Assembly (NCBI RefSeq): GCF_003044035.1
Contig: NZ_NVQC01000021.1
Span: forward strand, 1 to 29,446
Source of the DNA: Candidatus Methylomirabilis limnetica
GTDB taxonomy: Bacteria > Methylomirabilota > Methylomirabilia > Methylomirabilales > Methylomirabilaceae
DNA: 29,446 nucleotides
Reading direction: 5' to 3'
Shown here in pieces: positions 8,310 through 17,128 of this stretch. The notes below the pieces were generated by a model. It made no database searches and was not told the DNA's origin. It saw nothing but the letters and a program-made list of their open reading frames with translations. The translations under genes and the position numbers were made by a program. The stretch's first letter is position 1, and each line of letters begins with the position of its first letter.

Positions 8310-8690
8310 GTGAACGAGCGAGATCAGACAGAGACCGACCGAGAGAACAGGAGATCGCAGCTCCTGGGATTGCTGACTGAACGACGTGAGCGGCTCGCCG
8401 CCCAGATCCGTCGCGCGCTCGCTGAGCGGCGGGAGGAGTCCCAGATGCGGGACGCGCCGGGTTCTCACGGCTGGGGCGCGGCCCCTGAGGGGAATATCAG
8501 TCTGGCCATGGTGGCGCAGCAGCAGCAACAGCTCTCCCAGATCGACACGGCCATCCATCGCCACCAGGCGGGGACGTACGGCCGCTGTGTCGGCTGCGGC
8601 GAGGAGATCCCCCTCCCCCGCCTCCAGGCCCTGCCCTTCGCCCAACGTTGCGCAGGCTGCCAGGAAGAGTGGGAAGCAGAAAAGCGATGA
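8310..8690 (+). CDS. TraR/DksA family C4-type zinc-finger protein
   Basis: GTG start with GAAGAAAGG upstream. A charged helical N-part containing a QQQQQ run, then CVGC-x17-CAGC (GTYGRCVGCGEEIPLPRLQALPFAQRCAGCQ). I see no DxxDxA tip motif of canonical DksA. Its TGA (8688-8690) overlaps the next ATG. Confidence 0.8.
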   Translation: MNERDQTETDRENRRSQLLGLLTERRERLAAQIRRALAERREESQMRDAPGSHGWGAAPEGNISLAMVAQQQQQLSQIDTAIHRHQAGTYGRCVGCGEEIPLPRLQALPFAQRCAGCQEEWEAEKR

Positions 8691-10786
8691 TGCAGGGAAG
8701 AGACACAATGGATGAGAGACCGGCCAGCATAGAGGAACGCAACTTGTCGAAGGCGGAATCGCTCTTGAAGAGTGCAGGGCTCATCATGCCGCCAGTACCA
8801 GAGGAGTTGATTGCGCGGTTCAGAGAGCGGAGCTCGTGGTGTTTCAGCACACGGCTTCTCAGCGTGTCGCCCTACAACATCAAACAATATGTACAGGAGG
8901 CGCTCTCCGGAAGGGTCCAGGACAGTCTGATCCTGGCCCGCGCAGGACACGGGGTCAACACATACGCGATGCACTACTTCCTCGTCCATGGGCCACTCCA
9001 GCTTTTCCTGCAAATCAGCTGGGGTGGCGCAAACATGGATTCACGGCAGACGACTGCTGAGGTGAACAAGTGCTTCCGTCTCGTGGAACGGCTCCTGGAG
9101 AGCGTCGGCGAGGGACTTCGAAGCGGTCGGCTGCGACCTGCTGATCGACTCACGGTGGTGGCGTCGAATGTCTACGGGGGATTCTGGCTTGCACCGACGG
9201 AGAACGGACCCACGCAGACCGCAGCGGCACGCTGGGACGGGTCCGCGCGAGATCCGAAGATCGTGCTGATCGAGGCTATCCGCTGGTTGACGCAAACCCA
9301 TACCAGCGTGCGACCAGTCATACGGATCTCGAAATCCCAGTACATATCCGGACTGCAGTGCCGGAAACTGCTCTGGTGGATGGTACACGAACCCGAGTCG
9401 CCGGAGCTCGCCGTCGGTGAGGAGTTGCAGGTGATCTTCGAGCGAGGCAGGCGCGTCGGCGAGCTCGCGCGCACGTGCGTGCCAGGCGGTGTCCTTGTCG
9501 GCCTCCCGCACCACGAGGTCACGCACAGACTGGCCGCGACAGCGCAGGCGATCGCGGATAAAGCGCCGGTTGTCTACGAGGCGAGCTTCCTCGAGGACGG
9601 CATCTTCGTCGCCGTGGACATTCTCCAACGGCGCCGCGACGGGTTCGTCATGGCCGAGGTCAAGTCGACTCTCGACGTCAAGAATGATCACATCCCTGAT
9701 GTCGCCGTCCAGGCGCACGTCGTCCGACGCGCCGGGCTCACGGTCAAGAGTGCGGAGGTCATGCACCTCAACCGCGAGTGCCGTTACCCAGACCTCTCGA
9801 ACCTGTTCGTGCGCGAGAACGTCACGTCGGTGATCCGCTCCGCGGTGCGAGCCGTGCCAAAACAGGCCGGGGAGCTTGTGTCGATGCTGGCGGGTCCGCT
9901 GCCGGAGGTCAAGACCGGTCCGCACTGCACGACGCCGCATGCCTGCCCGTTCATCGAGCGATGCTGGCCTCCCCTCCCGGCTCATCACGTCAGCTCGCTC
10001 TACGGGATCCGCAAGGCCAAGGCGGAGGAGTTCGTAGCCGACGGCTACAACACGCTCTTCGATCTGCCGCGCAAGTTCGCTGCCTCGCCCGCAGCGCGTC
10101 GGCAGATTCATAGCGTCCGGACGGGTGAAATGATCGTCGAGCGTGACCTTCGCGGCGCGCTCGCTTCCCTCACTCCGCCGATCGCTTTCCTCGACTTCGA
10201 GACCGTGAACCCCGCCATCCCGGTCTGGCCGGGCTGCCGCCCTTACGCCCAGGTGCCGGTGCAGTTCAGTTGCCACGTACTCAAGGCCGACGGAGTCGAA
10301 CACCACGCATGGTTGGCTGAGGGCCCAGACGACCCGCGTGAGCAGTTCGCGCGCGCGCTCATCGCGGCGTGCGCGGGCGTCAACACGGTGCTCGCCTACA
10401 ACGCACCATTCGAGCGCCAGTGCATCGACGGACTGATCGAGGCACTCCCGCACGTGGAGGACGATCTGGTGGCGCTCTCGAGCCGGATCCGCGATCTTCT
10501 TCCGATTGTGCGCGACCACGTCTACCACCCGGACTTCGGAGGAAGCTTCAGTATCAAGAAGGTGCTACCGGCGCTCGTACCAGGGCTCGGCTACGACGAC
10601 CTCAAGATCCAAGACGGCCGCTCGGCAGCGGCGGCGATTGAGACACTGCTACTCGGCGCCGACGCCCTCACCGCAGCACAACAGCGGAGCCTGCGGCGTG
10701 ATCTGCTCCGCTACTGCGAGCGGGACACGCTCGGCATGGTACGCTTGTACGAGCGGCTCTTGAAGCTCGCCGGGATGGGCCGATAA
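8687..10786 (+). CDS. DUF2779 protein: unknown N-domain + Cas4/RecB-like PD-(D/E)xK nuclease (4 Cys) + DnaQ-like (DEDDy) exonuclease
   Basis: ORF track gives 8648..10786. ATG 8687 forms an ATGA overlap with the preceding stop; an alternative ATG is at 8708. DUF2779 hallmarks: SKSQYISGLQCRKLLWW, FVAVDIL...MAEVKS, Cys triad HCTTPHACPFIERCW, FLDFETVNPAIPVWPGCRPYAQVPVQFSCHV, LAYNAPFERQCI, RYCERDTLGMV. Confidence 0.75.
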   Translation: MMQGRDTMDERPASIEERNLSKAESLLKSAGLIMPPVPEELIARFRERSSWCFSTRLLSVSPYNIKQYVQEALSGRVQDSLILARAGHGVNTYAMHYFLVHGPLQLFLQISWGGANMDSRQTTAEVNKCFRLVERLLESVGEGLRSGRLRPADRLTVVASNVYGGFWLAPTENGPTQTAAARWDGSARDPKIVLIEAIRWLTQTHTSVRPVIRISKSQYISGLQCRKLLWWMVHEPESPELAVGEELQVIFERGRRVGELARTCVPGGVLVGLPHHEVTHRLAATAQAIADKAPVVYEASFLEDGIFVAVDILQRRRDGFVMAEVKSTLDVKNDHIPDVAVQAHVVRRAGLTVKSAEVMHLNRECRYPDLSNLFVRENVTSVIRSAVRAVPKQAGELVSMLAGPLPEVKTGPHCTTPHACPFIERCWPPLPAHHVSSLYGIRKAKAEEFVADGYNTLFDLPRKFAASPAARRQIHSVRTGEMIVERDLRGALASLTPPIAFLDFETVNPAIPVWPGCRPYAQVPVQFSCHVLKADGVEHHAWLAEGPDDPREQFARALIAACAGVNTVLAYNAPFERQCIDGLIEALPHVEDDLVALSSRIRDLLPIVRDHVYHPDFGGSFSIKKVLPALVPGLGYDDLKIQDGRSAAAAIETLLLGADALTAAQQRSLRRDLLRYCERDTLGMVRLYERLLKLAGMGR

Positions 10787-10861
10787 GCACAGCATCGTAT
10801 TGGTTCCCGCCTGTGCCGAGTGAGATCACTTCCTCGCGGATCTCACGAACCTAGTGGAAGC

Positions 10862-11884
10862 ATGCTGAGCTTGTTTGCAAGACTATTTGGGCGCCTCGTC
10901 GGTGCCCTTGTTGTCCTGGCAGCCGCGACGTGGGGCGCGCTAGCGCTGTTCTATGGCAGCCTGCTGACCGAAGCATTACGCGCGCCGGTTGCAGGGCTGT
11001 TCGGCCTCTCCGGGATCGTAGCGGCGGTTGTCGTGCTGTTCTCGCGGCGGCGCTGGAGGGCGGCGGGCGCATTCGCGGCCGCGTTTCTGTTGCTGCTCGC
11101 CTGGTGGAGCACCATTCAGCCGTCCAACGATCGCGACTGGCAGCCGGAGGTCGCGGTGCTGCCTTACGCGAACATCGATGGCGACCTGATCACGCTGCAC
11201 AATATTCGCAATTTCGAGTACCGTAGCGAGACCGATTTCACGCCAGGCTATTACGACAAGACCTTCGACCTGCGCAAGCTCAAGTCTGTGGACCTGGTCG
11301 CAGCCTACTGGATGGGACCGGCCATCGCCCACACGTTACTGAGTTTCGGGTTCGACGGCGGGGACCACATTGCCATCTCCATCGAGACGCGCAAGGAGCA
11401 AGGGGAGGGGTACTCGACGATCAAGGGATTTTTCAAGCAGTACGAGCTGTTCTATGTGGTGGCCGATGAGCGCGACGTCATCCGTGTACGGACGAACTAT
11501 CGCAAAGATCCGCCAGAAGACGTCTACCTCTACCAGGTCCACGCGCCCATCGAGAATGGCCGGCGGGTGTTCCTGGAGTACATGCATAAGATCAACGCGC
11601 TCAAGGACAAGCCACAGTTCTACAACACGCTGACGACGAACTGCACGACCGCCGTATGGCAGAATACCCGGATCAATCCGGGTCACCTGCCTCTCTCATG
11701 GAAGCTTCTGCTGAGCGGGCATGTCCCCAAGTATCTCTATGAGGCAGGCAGGCTCGACACCCTCCTGCCGTTCGAAGATCTCAAGGAACGCTCGCGGATC
11801 AACAAGGCGGCCCAGGCAGCCGACCGTGCGCCCGACTTCTCCCGGCGGATCCGCGCCGCCCTGCCGGGCACGAAACATCACTAG
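10862..11884 (+). CDS. DUF4105 domain-containing membrane protein
   Basis: ORF track gives a GTG at 10820; I prefer ATG 10862 (MLSLFARLFGRLVGALVVLAAATWGALALFYG). Three N-terminal hydrophobic helices, then DUF4105-like blocks: DRDWQPEVAVLPYANIDGDLITLHNIRNFEYRSE, DLVAAYWMGPAIAHTLLSFGF, YNTLTTNCTT. Confidence 0.7.
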   Translation: MLSLFARLFGRLVGALVVLAAATWGALALFYGSLLTEALRAPVAGLFGLSGIVAAVVVLFSRRRWRAAGAFAAAFLLLLAWWSTIQPSNDRDWQPEVAVLPYANIDGDLITLHNIRNFEYRSETDFTPGYYDKTFDLRKLKSVDLVAAYWMGPAIAHTLLSFGFDGGDHIAISIETRKEQGEGYSTIKGFFKQYELFYVVADERDVIRVRTNYRKDPPEDVYLYQVHAPIENGRRVFLEYMHKINALKDKPQFYNTLTTNCTTAVWQNTRINPGHLPLSWKLLLSGHVPKYLYEAGRLDTLLPFEDLKERSRINKAAQAADRAPDFSRRIRAALPGTKHH

Positions 11885-11980
11885 CCTGCGCACAGAGCGG
11901 GTGCTAGTGTCTCAGTTCCGGGCCGCCGTCAGGTGTGTCCAATTCCGGACTGCAGGAGAAGGTTTATTCTTAGAGAGGAG

Positions 11981-12204
11981 GTAACTACAAGGTAGATAGG
12001 CTGAAGGCTGAAGGTTTTTAGGGACAAATCATGCGTGATCACACAAAACTCCTGACATTTGAGTTGGCTGATGAAGTAGCAATATTGGTTTATCGGGTTG
12101 AACCAAAAGCCATAGAAACCGAGAAGGTCTTGAACTGCTTGATTCGTGCCTTGCGAGATAATTCAGAGCCTTCAGCCTTCAGCCTAAACACCTGAGTAGT
12201 TACG
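11981..12204. repeat. long inverted repeat bracketing a mini-ORF (IVS-like cassette)
   Basis: Perfect 17-bp inverted repeat: AGGCTGAAGGCTGAAGG (11998-12014) and CCTTCAGCCTTCAGCCT (12169-12185). It is extended by an outer 8-bp repeat, GTAACTAC (11981-11988) and GTAGTTAC (12197-12204). The interior is visibly AT-richer than its surroundings. Confidence 0.75.
12031..12195 (+). pseudogene. internally deleted four-helix-bundle protein (23S rRNA intervening-sequence protein family) remnant, 54 codons
   Basis: My translation is MRDHTKLLTFELADEVAILVYRVEPKAIETEKVLNCLIRALRDNSEPSAFSLNT. The N-part resembles the family start (F.ELKVWQKA.DL...IYKLT..FPK.E) and the C-part resembles the family end (E..KM.NGLIKSL). 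The ~65 central residues are missing. Confidence 0.45.
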
Positions 12205-12219
12205 AGAGGAGAGTGTGAG

Positions 12220-12948
12220 ATGAGGACGACGCGTTGGAGTATTGCGAGCCGTATCGTGTTGTGCCTGTTAGTGGCGGTCGTCATCGCCGGGTGCGACTCG
12301 ATCAAGGTCACTGACCGCCAGATACTCGATCCCCAAAGAAAGATCCCCAGGCCGGATCACATTCTGGTCTACGACTTCGCCGCCACGCCCGCCGACGTTC
12401 CGGCCGACTCCGCGCTTGCCGACCAGTCGGCTGTATCCCAGACGCCCCAAACCGCCGAGCACATCGAGACCGGCCGTCGGGTGGGCGCTGAAATTGCGAC
12501 GAAACTGGTCGAAGAGATCCGGCGTCTAGGGTTGCCCGCAGAGCTGGCTTCGGCCGGCGTGACACCGCAGATCAACGACATCGTAATCCGGGGCTATCTC
12601 CTCTCGGTCGAGGAGGGCAGCGCCACCAAGCGCATGGCGATCGGATTCGGCGCCGGGGCATCGCGCTTGAGCGTGGCGGTCGAGGGCTATCAGATGACGG
12701 CTCAGGGGCTGCGCAAGCTCGGTTCCGGCACGGTGGGAGCCGGCGGAAGTAAGGGGCCGGGCGCCGCCGTGCCGCTCGCCATCGCCATTGCTTCCGCCAA
12801 CCCGCTGGGCCTCATCGTGAGTACCGGGATGAAGGTGTACGGGGAGGCGAGCGGGAGCAGCAAGATCGAGGGCCGGGCCGAGCAGACCGCGAAGGAAATC
12901 GCCGAGGAGATGAAGCCCAGATTGCGGCAGCAGGGCTGGATCGAGTGA
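12220..12948 (+). CDS. DUF4410-like lipoprotein
   Basis: GAGAGGAGAG SD upstream. Lipobox LLVAVVIAG|C (Cys25). Gly/Ala-rich C-half (GFGAGASRLSV...GAGGSKGPGAAVPLAIAIASANPLG). The family assignment comes from memory of this architecture. Confidence 0.6.
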   Translation: MRTTRWSIASRIVLCLLVAVVIAGCDSIKVTDRQILDPQRKIPRPDHILVYDFAATPADVPADSALADQSAVSQTPQTAEHIETGRRVGAEIATKLVEEIRRLGLPAELASAGVTPQINDIVIRGYLLSVEEGSATKRMAIGFGAGASRLSVAVEGYQMTAQGLRKLGSGTVGAGGSKGPGAAVPLAIAIASANPLGLIVSTGMKVYGEASGSSKIEGRAEQTAKEIAEEMKPRLRQQGWIE

Positions 12949-12977
12949 TGGAGCCCAGGCTCGAAGGGAGAAACGGT

Positions 12978-15404
12978 ATGAGACGAATGAGCAGAATGAC
13001 CGTACAGGTTATGATGAGCCTTGCGCTGGGGGTAGCGTGCGCTGCAACAGCCGGGGCGCAGACGGCGATTGATCGAACCGTGCTGCCGATCCCGGAGCCC
13101 CAGTACCCGCACAGCACCGTGTTCAATGTCCGGAATGCCACGCCGCCGCCACGGTTAGAGGTCAAGGCGCCCGCCAAGGCGCCCAACGTCCTCATCGTGC
13201 TGATCGACGACATGGGCTTCGGCCAGTCGAGCGCCTTCGGCGGGCCCATCCAGATGCCGACGGTGGATCACCTGGCCAATGCCGGGCTGCGCTACAACGA
13301 GTTCCACACCACGGCGCTCTGCTCGCCGACCCGCACGGCGCTGCTCAGCGGCCGCAACCATCACACGAACAATATGGGCTCGATTACGGAGACCGCCACC
13401 GCCTTCCCAGGGCAAACCGGGCAGCGCCCGAACAGTGTGGCGCCGGTCGCCGAGATGCTGCGGCTCAACGGCTACAGCACGGCCGCCTTCGGCAAGTCCC
13501 ACGAGACCGCAGCCTGGGAGGTCAGTCCCTCGGGCCCGACCGACCGATGGCCGACCCGCTCGGGCTTCGACAAGTTCTACGGCTTCATCGGGGGCGAGAC
13601 CAACCAGTGGGCGCCGCTGCTCTATGACGGGATGAACCAGGTCGAGCCGTCGCATGACCCTAACTACAACTTCATGACCGATATGACCGATCAGGCGATC
13701 AAGTGGGTGCAAGCGGAGAAATCGCTCACACCGGACAAGCCGTTCTTCATCTACTTCGCGCCCGGCGCCACCCACGCGCCGCACCACGTGCCGAAGGAGT
13801 GGATCACGAAGTACAAGGGCAAGTTCGACCAGGGCTGGGACAAGCTGCGCGAGGAGACGCTCGCGCGTCAGATCAAATTGGGCGTGGTTCCGGCGGGCAC
13901 GAAGCTCGCGCCCAAGCCCGAGGCCATCAAGGATTGGGCTACGTTAAGCCCGGATGAGAAGAAGCTTTTCGCGCGGCAGATGGAGGTGTTCGCCGGCTTC
14001 GGCGAGTATGCCGATACGGAGATCGGCCGGCTGATCCAGGCTATCGAGGCGACCGGCCAGCTCGACAACACGCTCGTCTTCTACATCGTCGGCGACAACG
14101 GGGCGAGCGCCGAAGGTGGCATGGTCGGGCTCTACAACGAGATGACTTACTTCAACGGCGTGCACGAGACCGTCGAGGACATCCTCAAGCATTACGACGA
14201 GCTTGGTGGTCCGACGACGTACCCGCACTACGCCGCCGGGTGGGCGGTCGCGGGTGACACGCCGTTCACGTGGACGAAGCAGGTCGCCTCGAGCTACGGC
14301 GGCACCCGCAACGGGATGGCGGTTCATTGGCCCAAGGGCATCACGGCGAAAGGCCAGGTGCGCTCGCAGTGGCACCACGTCATCGACATCGCGCCGACGA
14401 TCCTGGAGGCGGCCGGCCTGCCCGAGCCGAAGAGCGTGAACGGGACGCCCCAGACGCCCATCGAAGGGGTGAGCCTGGCCTACACGTTTGGGGACGCTAA
14501 GGCGCCGAACCGGCATAAGACTCAGTACTTCGAGATCTTCGGCAACCGCGCCATCTACCAGGACGGCTGGCTCGCCGGCACCGTCCATAGGGCCGCGTGG
14601 GAATTCAAGGTCCGGGGGCCGCTTGAAGACGACATCTGGGAATTGTATGACACGCGGACGGACTTCAGTCTGGTGAATGATCTGGCCGCGAAGAACCCGG
14701 CGAAGCTCAAGGAAATGCAGGCTCTCTTCATAACGGAAGCGGTCAAGTACTCCGTCCTGCCCCTCGACGACCGGCTATTCGAACGCTTCAACGCCGCCAT
14801 GGTCGGACGGCCGGACCTGATGGCCGGCCGCACCTCTCTGACGGTCTACCAGGGAATGACCGGGATGTCCGAGAACGTCTTCATCAACCTGAAGAACAAG
14901 TCGCACACGATCACCGCTGAAGTGGAGATCCCGAAGAACGGGGCCAACGGCGTGATCCTTGCCCAGGCGGGCCGGTTCGGCGGCTGGAGCCTCTACCTGA
15001 AGGAAGGCAAGCCGACCTACACCTACAACTGGTTGGGGCTGCAGCGGTACACGGTGGCCGCCGCACAGGCGGTACCTGCCGGAAAGGCAATCCTCCGCTT
15101 CGAGTTCGCGTATGACGGCGGCGGCCTCGGCAAGGGCGGCACGGGCACGCTCTTCGTCAACGGGAAGCAGGTAGGCACGGGGCGGATCGAACAGACCCAG
15201 TGCTGCGCCTTCTCGGCGGACGAGGGGGCCGACGTGGGCTCGGATGAGGGAACACCGGTCACCGAAGCCTACACGGTACCGTTCACGTTCACCGGCAAGA
15301 TCGCCAAGGTGACGATCGAACTGAAGGAAGTGAAAATGGCTGACAAGGAAGAGACGGAACGAGGCCGCAAGATGGCCACCTTGAAAAAGGCGCTGTCGGA
15401 TTAG
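12978..15404 (+). CDS. arylsulfatase (large AtsA-type, formylglycine-dependent) with C-terminal jelly-roll-like extension
   Basis: ORF track gives 12945..15404. ATG 12978 has a GGGAGA SD and gives the signal MRRMSRMTVQVMMSLALGVACAATAGAQT. An alternative ATG at 12948 overlaps the previous TGA. Motifs: NVLIVLIDDMGFG, the canonical C-x-P-x-R site in TALCSPTRTALLSGRNHH, and GKSHE. The C-terminal ~250 aa (NGVILAQAGRFGGWSLYLKEGKPTYTYNWLG...) is typical of ~780-aa mycobacterial-type arylsulfatases. Confidence 0.88.
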   Translation: MRRMSRMTVQVMMSLALGVACAATAGAQTAIDRTVLPIPEPQYPHSTVFNVRNATPPPRLEVKAPAKAPNVLIVLIDDMGFGQSSAFGGPIQMPTVDHLANAGLRYNEFHTTALCSPTRTALLSGRNHHTNNMGSITETATAFPGQTGQRPNSVAPVAEMLRLNGYSTAAFGKSHETAAWEVSPSGPTDRWPTRSGFDKFYGFIGGETNQWAPLLYDGMNQVEPSHDPNYNFMTDMTDQAIKWVQAEKSLTPDKPFFIYFAPGATHAPHHVPKEWITKYKGKFDQGWDKLREETLARQIKLGVVPAGTKLAPKPEAIKDWATLSPDEKKLFARQMEVFAGFGEYADTEIGRLIQAIEATGQLDNTLVFYIVGDNGASAEGGMVGLYNEMTYFNGVHETVEDILKHYDELGGPTTYPHYAAGWAVAGDTPFTWTKQVASSYGGTRNGMAVHWPKGITAKGQVRSQWHHVIDIAPTILEAAGLPEPKSVNGTPQTPIEGVSLAYTFGDAKAPNRHKTQYFEIFGNRAIYQDGWLAGTVHRAAWEFKVRGPLEDDIWELYDTRTDFSLVNDLAAKNPAKLKEMQALFITEAVKYSVLPLDDRLFERFNAAMVGRPDLMAGRTSLTVYQGMTGMSENVFINLKNKSHTITAEVEIPKNGANGVILAQAGRFGGWSLYLKEGKPTYTYNWLGLQRYTVAAAQAVPAGKAILRFEFAYDGGGLGKGGTGTLFVNGKQVGTGRIEQTQCCAFSADEGADVGSDEGTPVTEAYTVPFTFTGKIAKVTIELKEVKMADKEETERGRKMATLKKALSD

Positions 15405-15436
15405 ATCAAATGCACGCAACAGGGGGGGGTCGAATA

Positions 15437-16975
15437 ATGTCGGTCGCTATAAGACAACTGACAATGAAAAGAACATGGATGCTTAAAGCGGCCCTCGTGG
15501 CCATGATGGTAGTCAGCCTTGCGCTGCCGGGTTGGGCAGAGTCGCCCAAGATGAAGATGAGCACGAAGATCCCGCCTGGAATTGCGTCGCCGGACAAAGT
15601 GGAGACTCGGCTGGGTACGCTCAAGTTTTTAGACGGCTTCCCAGACAACGCTACGGTCGAAAAACTCTACGACAATCTCGACTTCCAGCGCGCCGTTCAG
15701 GCCTACTTGCTTGGGCTGGCACCAGTGAGCCAGGTGGCAAATCGTAAGGGGATACTCGAGGTGGGACCGGCCAACACAACCGTGCCAATCTTCGAGCAAA
15801 TGATGAACGCGCGGTCGATCTTCCTGACCCCGAACAATAACACGCCGTACACATGGTTCTGGCTCGACCTGCGCAACGGCCCTCTGGTCCTCGAGGTTCC
15901 GCCAAAGGTCCTCGGGTTGATCGACGATATGTGGTATCACTTTGTCGTCGATTTGGGCTTCATGGGGCCCGACAAGGGACAGGGCGGCAAGTATCTGCTC
16001 CTTCCACCCGGTTATAAAGGAGAGGTCCCGGAGGGTTACTCTGTCGTGCGGCCGGCGACGTTCAGTATCTGGGCCGGGTGGCGCACCTTTCTGGTTGACG
16101 GCGACCCGAAACCGGGCGTGGACTTGGTGAAGAAGTTCACGAAGATCTACCCATTGTCACAGGCTGCCAATCCGCCGGCATTGAATTTCGTCAACGTTTC
16201 CGGCAGGGATTTCAGCACCGATGCCCCGGCAGATTACGCTTTCTGGGAGTATCTCAATAAGGTGGTTCAGGAGGAGCCGAGTGAGTCGGTTGACCCGGTT
16301 ACACTGGGTTTTTATGCCTCTATTGGAATCCAGAAGGGCAAGCCTTTCGCACCCGATTCCAGAATGAAGAAACTCCTGACAGAAGCCGCAGCCGTGGGAG
16401 ACGCAACCGCACGCGCCATCACTTTCCGGATGCGCCTCAAGGACGCTTACTACTACCCGAACAGCGCGTGGCGTGGCGGGTTCATCGGCGGGTATGAGTT
16501 CAAGGACAACGGTGCGCTCATCCTCGATGCTTACTCATCCTTCTTCTTCTATGCCACCGGCGTAACACCGGCCATGGATTCGAAGATGGTCGGACAAGGG
16601 TCGCAATATATGGCGGCATTCATCGACTCCAAAGGCAAACCCCTCGATGGAGGCAAGAACTACAAGCTTCACCTGCCTCCCAATATCCCGGTCGCCAACT
16701 TCTGGTCGGTGATCCTATACGACAACCAGACCCGCTCGATGCTCCAGACCGACCAGCAGTGGCCGGCTGTCAGCAGCCAGACCAAAGGACTCCTGGTTAA
16801 TCCGGACAGTTCGGTGGACGTCTATTTCGGACCGAAGCCTCCGCCGGGCAAGGAAAACAACTGGGTGCAGACCATCCCCGGCAAGGGCTGGAACACGCTC
16901 TTGCGCCTGTATGGCCCGCTCCAACCGTGGTTCGACAAGACCTGGCGGCCCGGTGAGATCGAGAATGTGGAATGA
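15437..16975 (+). CDS. DUF1254 + DUF1214 domain-containing exported protein
   Basis: Start is uncertain (15410, 15437 or 15464). Signal MKRTWMLKAALVAMMVVSLALPGWA. Blocks: FLTPNNNTPYTWFWLDLRNGPLVLEVPP...DDMWYHFVVDLG...GGKYLLLPPGYKGEVPEGY (DUF1254) and NFWSVILYD...GWNTLLRLYGP (DUF1214). Confidence 0.75.
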   Translation: MSVAIRQLTMKRTWMLKAALVAMMVVSLALPGWAESPKMKMSTKIPPGIASPDKVETRLGTLKFLDGFPDNATVEKLYDNLDFQRAVQAYLLGLAPVSQVANRKGILEVGPANTTVPIFEQMMNARSIFLTPNNNTPYTWFWLDLRNGPLVLEVPPKVLGLIDDMWYHFVVDLGFMGPDKGQGGKYLLLPPGYKGEVPEGYSVVRPATFSIWAGWRTFLVDGDPKPGVDLVKKFTKIYPLSQAANPPALNFVNVSGRDFSTDAPADYAFWEYLNKVVQEEPSESVDPVTLGFYASIGIQKGKPFAPDSRMKKLLTEAAAVGDATARAITFRMRLKDAYYYPNSAWRGGFIGGYEFKDNGALILDAYSSFFFYATGVTPAMDSKMVGQGSQYMAAFIDSKGKPLDGGKNYKLHLPPNIPVANFWSVILYDNQTRSMLQTDQQWPAVSSQTKGLLVNPDSSVDVYFGPKPPPGKENNWVQTIPGKGWNTLLRLYGPLQPWFDKTWRPGEIENVE

Positions 16976-17128
16976 ACCTGCTGGTCGGGTGCTTGCCGCG
17001 CCACTCGTACAGTAGATCATGGCGGAGGCTGGCAATGTGGCGTGGGTATAATGCTCCCCAAAAACTAGACAGGGGAATAAGGTGGACAAAGAGGCTGAGC
17101 GGGCTGCGCACAAGGAGGGGTGAGGAAC

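Noticed and set aside
10820-10846. Hairpin GTGAGATC-n11-GATCTCAC after the DUF2779 gene as an intrinsic terminator
   Set aside because: No U-tract follows the stem and the loop is long. I could not find a convincing intrinsic terminator here or after most other genes, so none is annotated.
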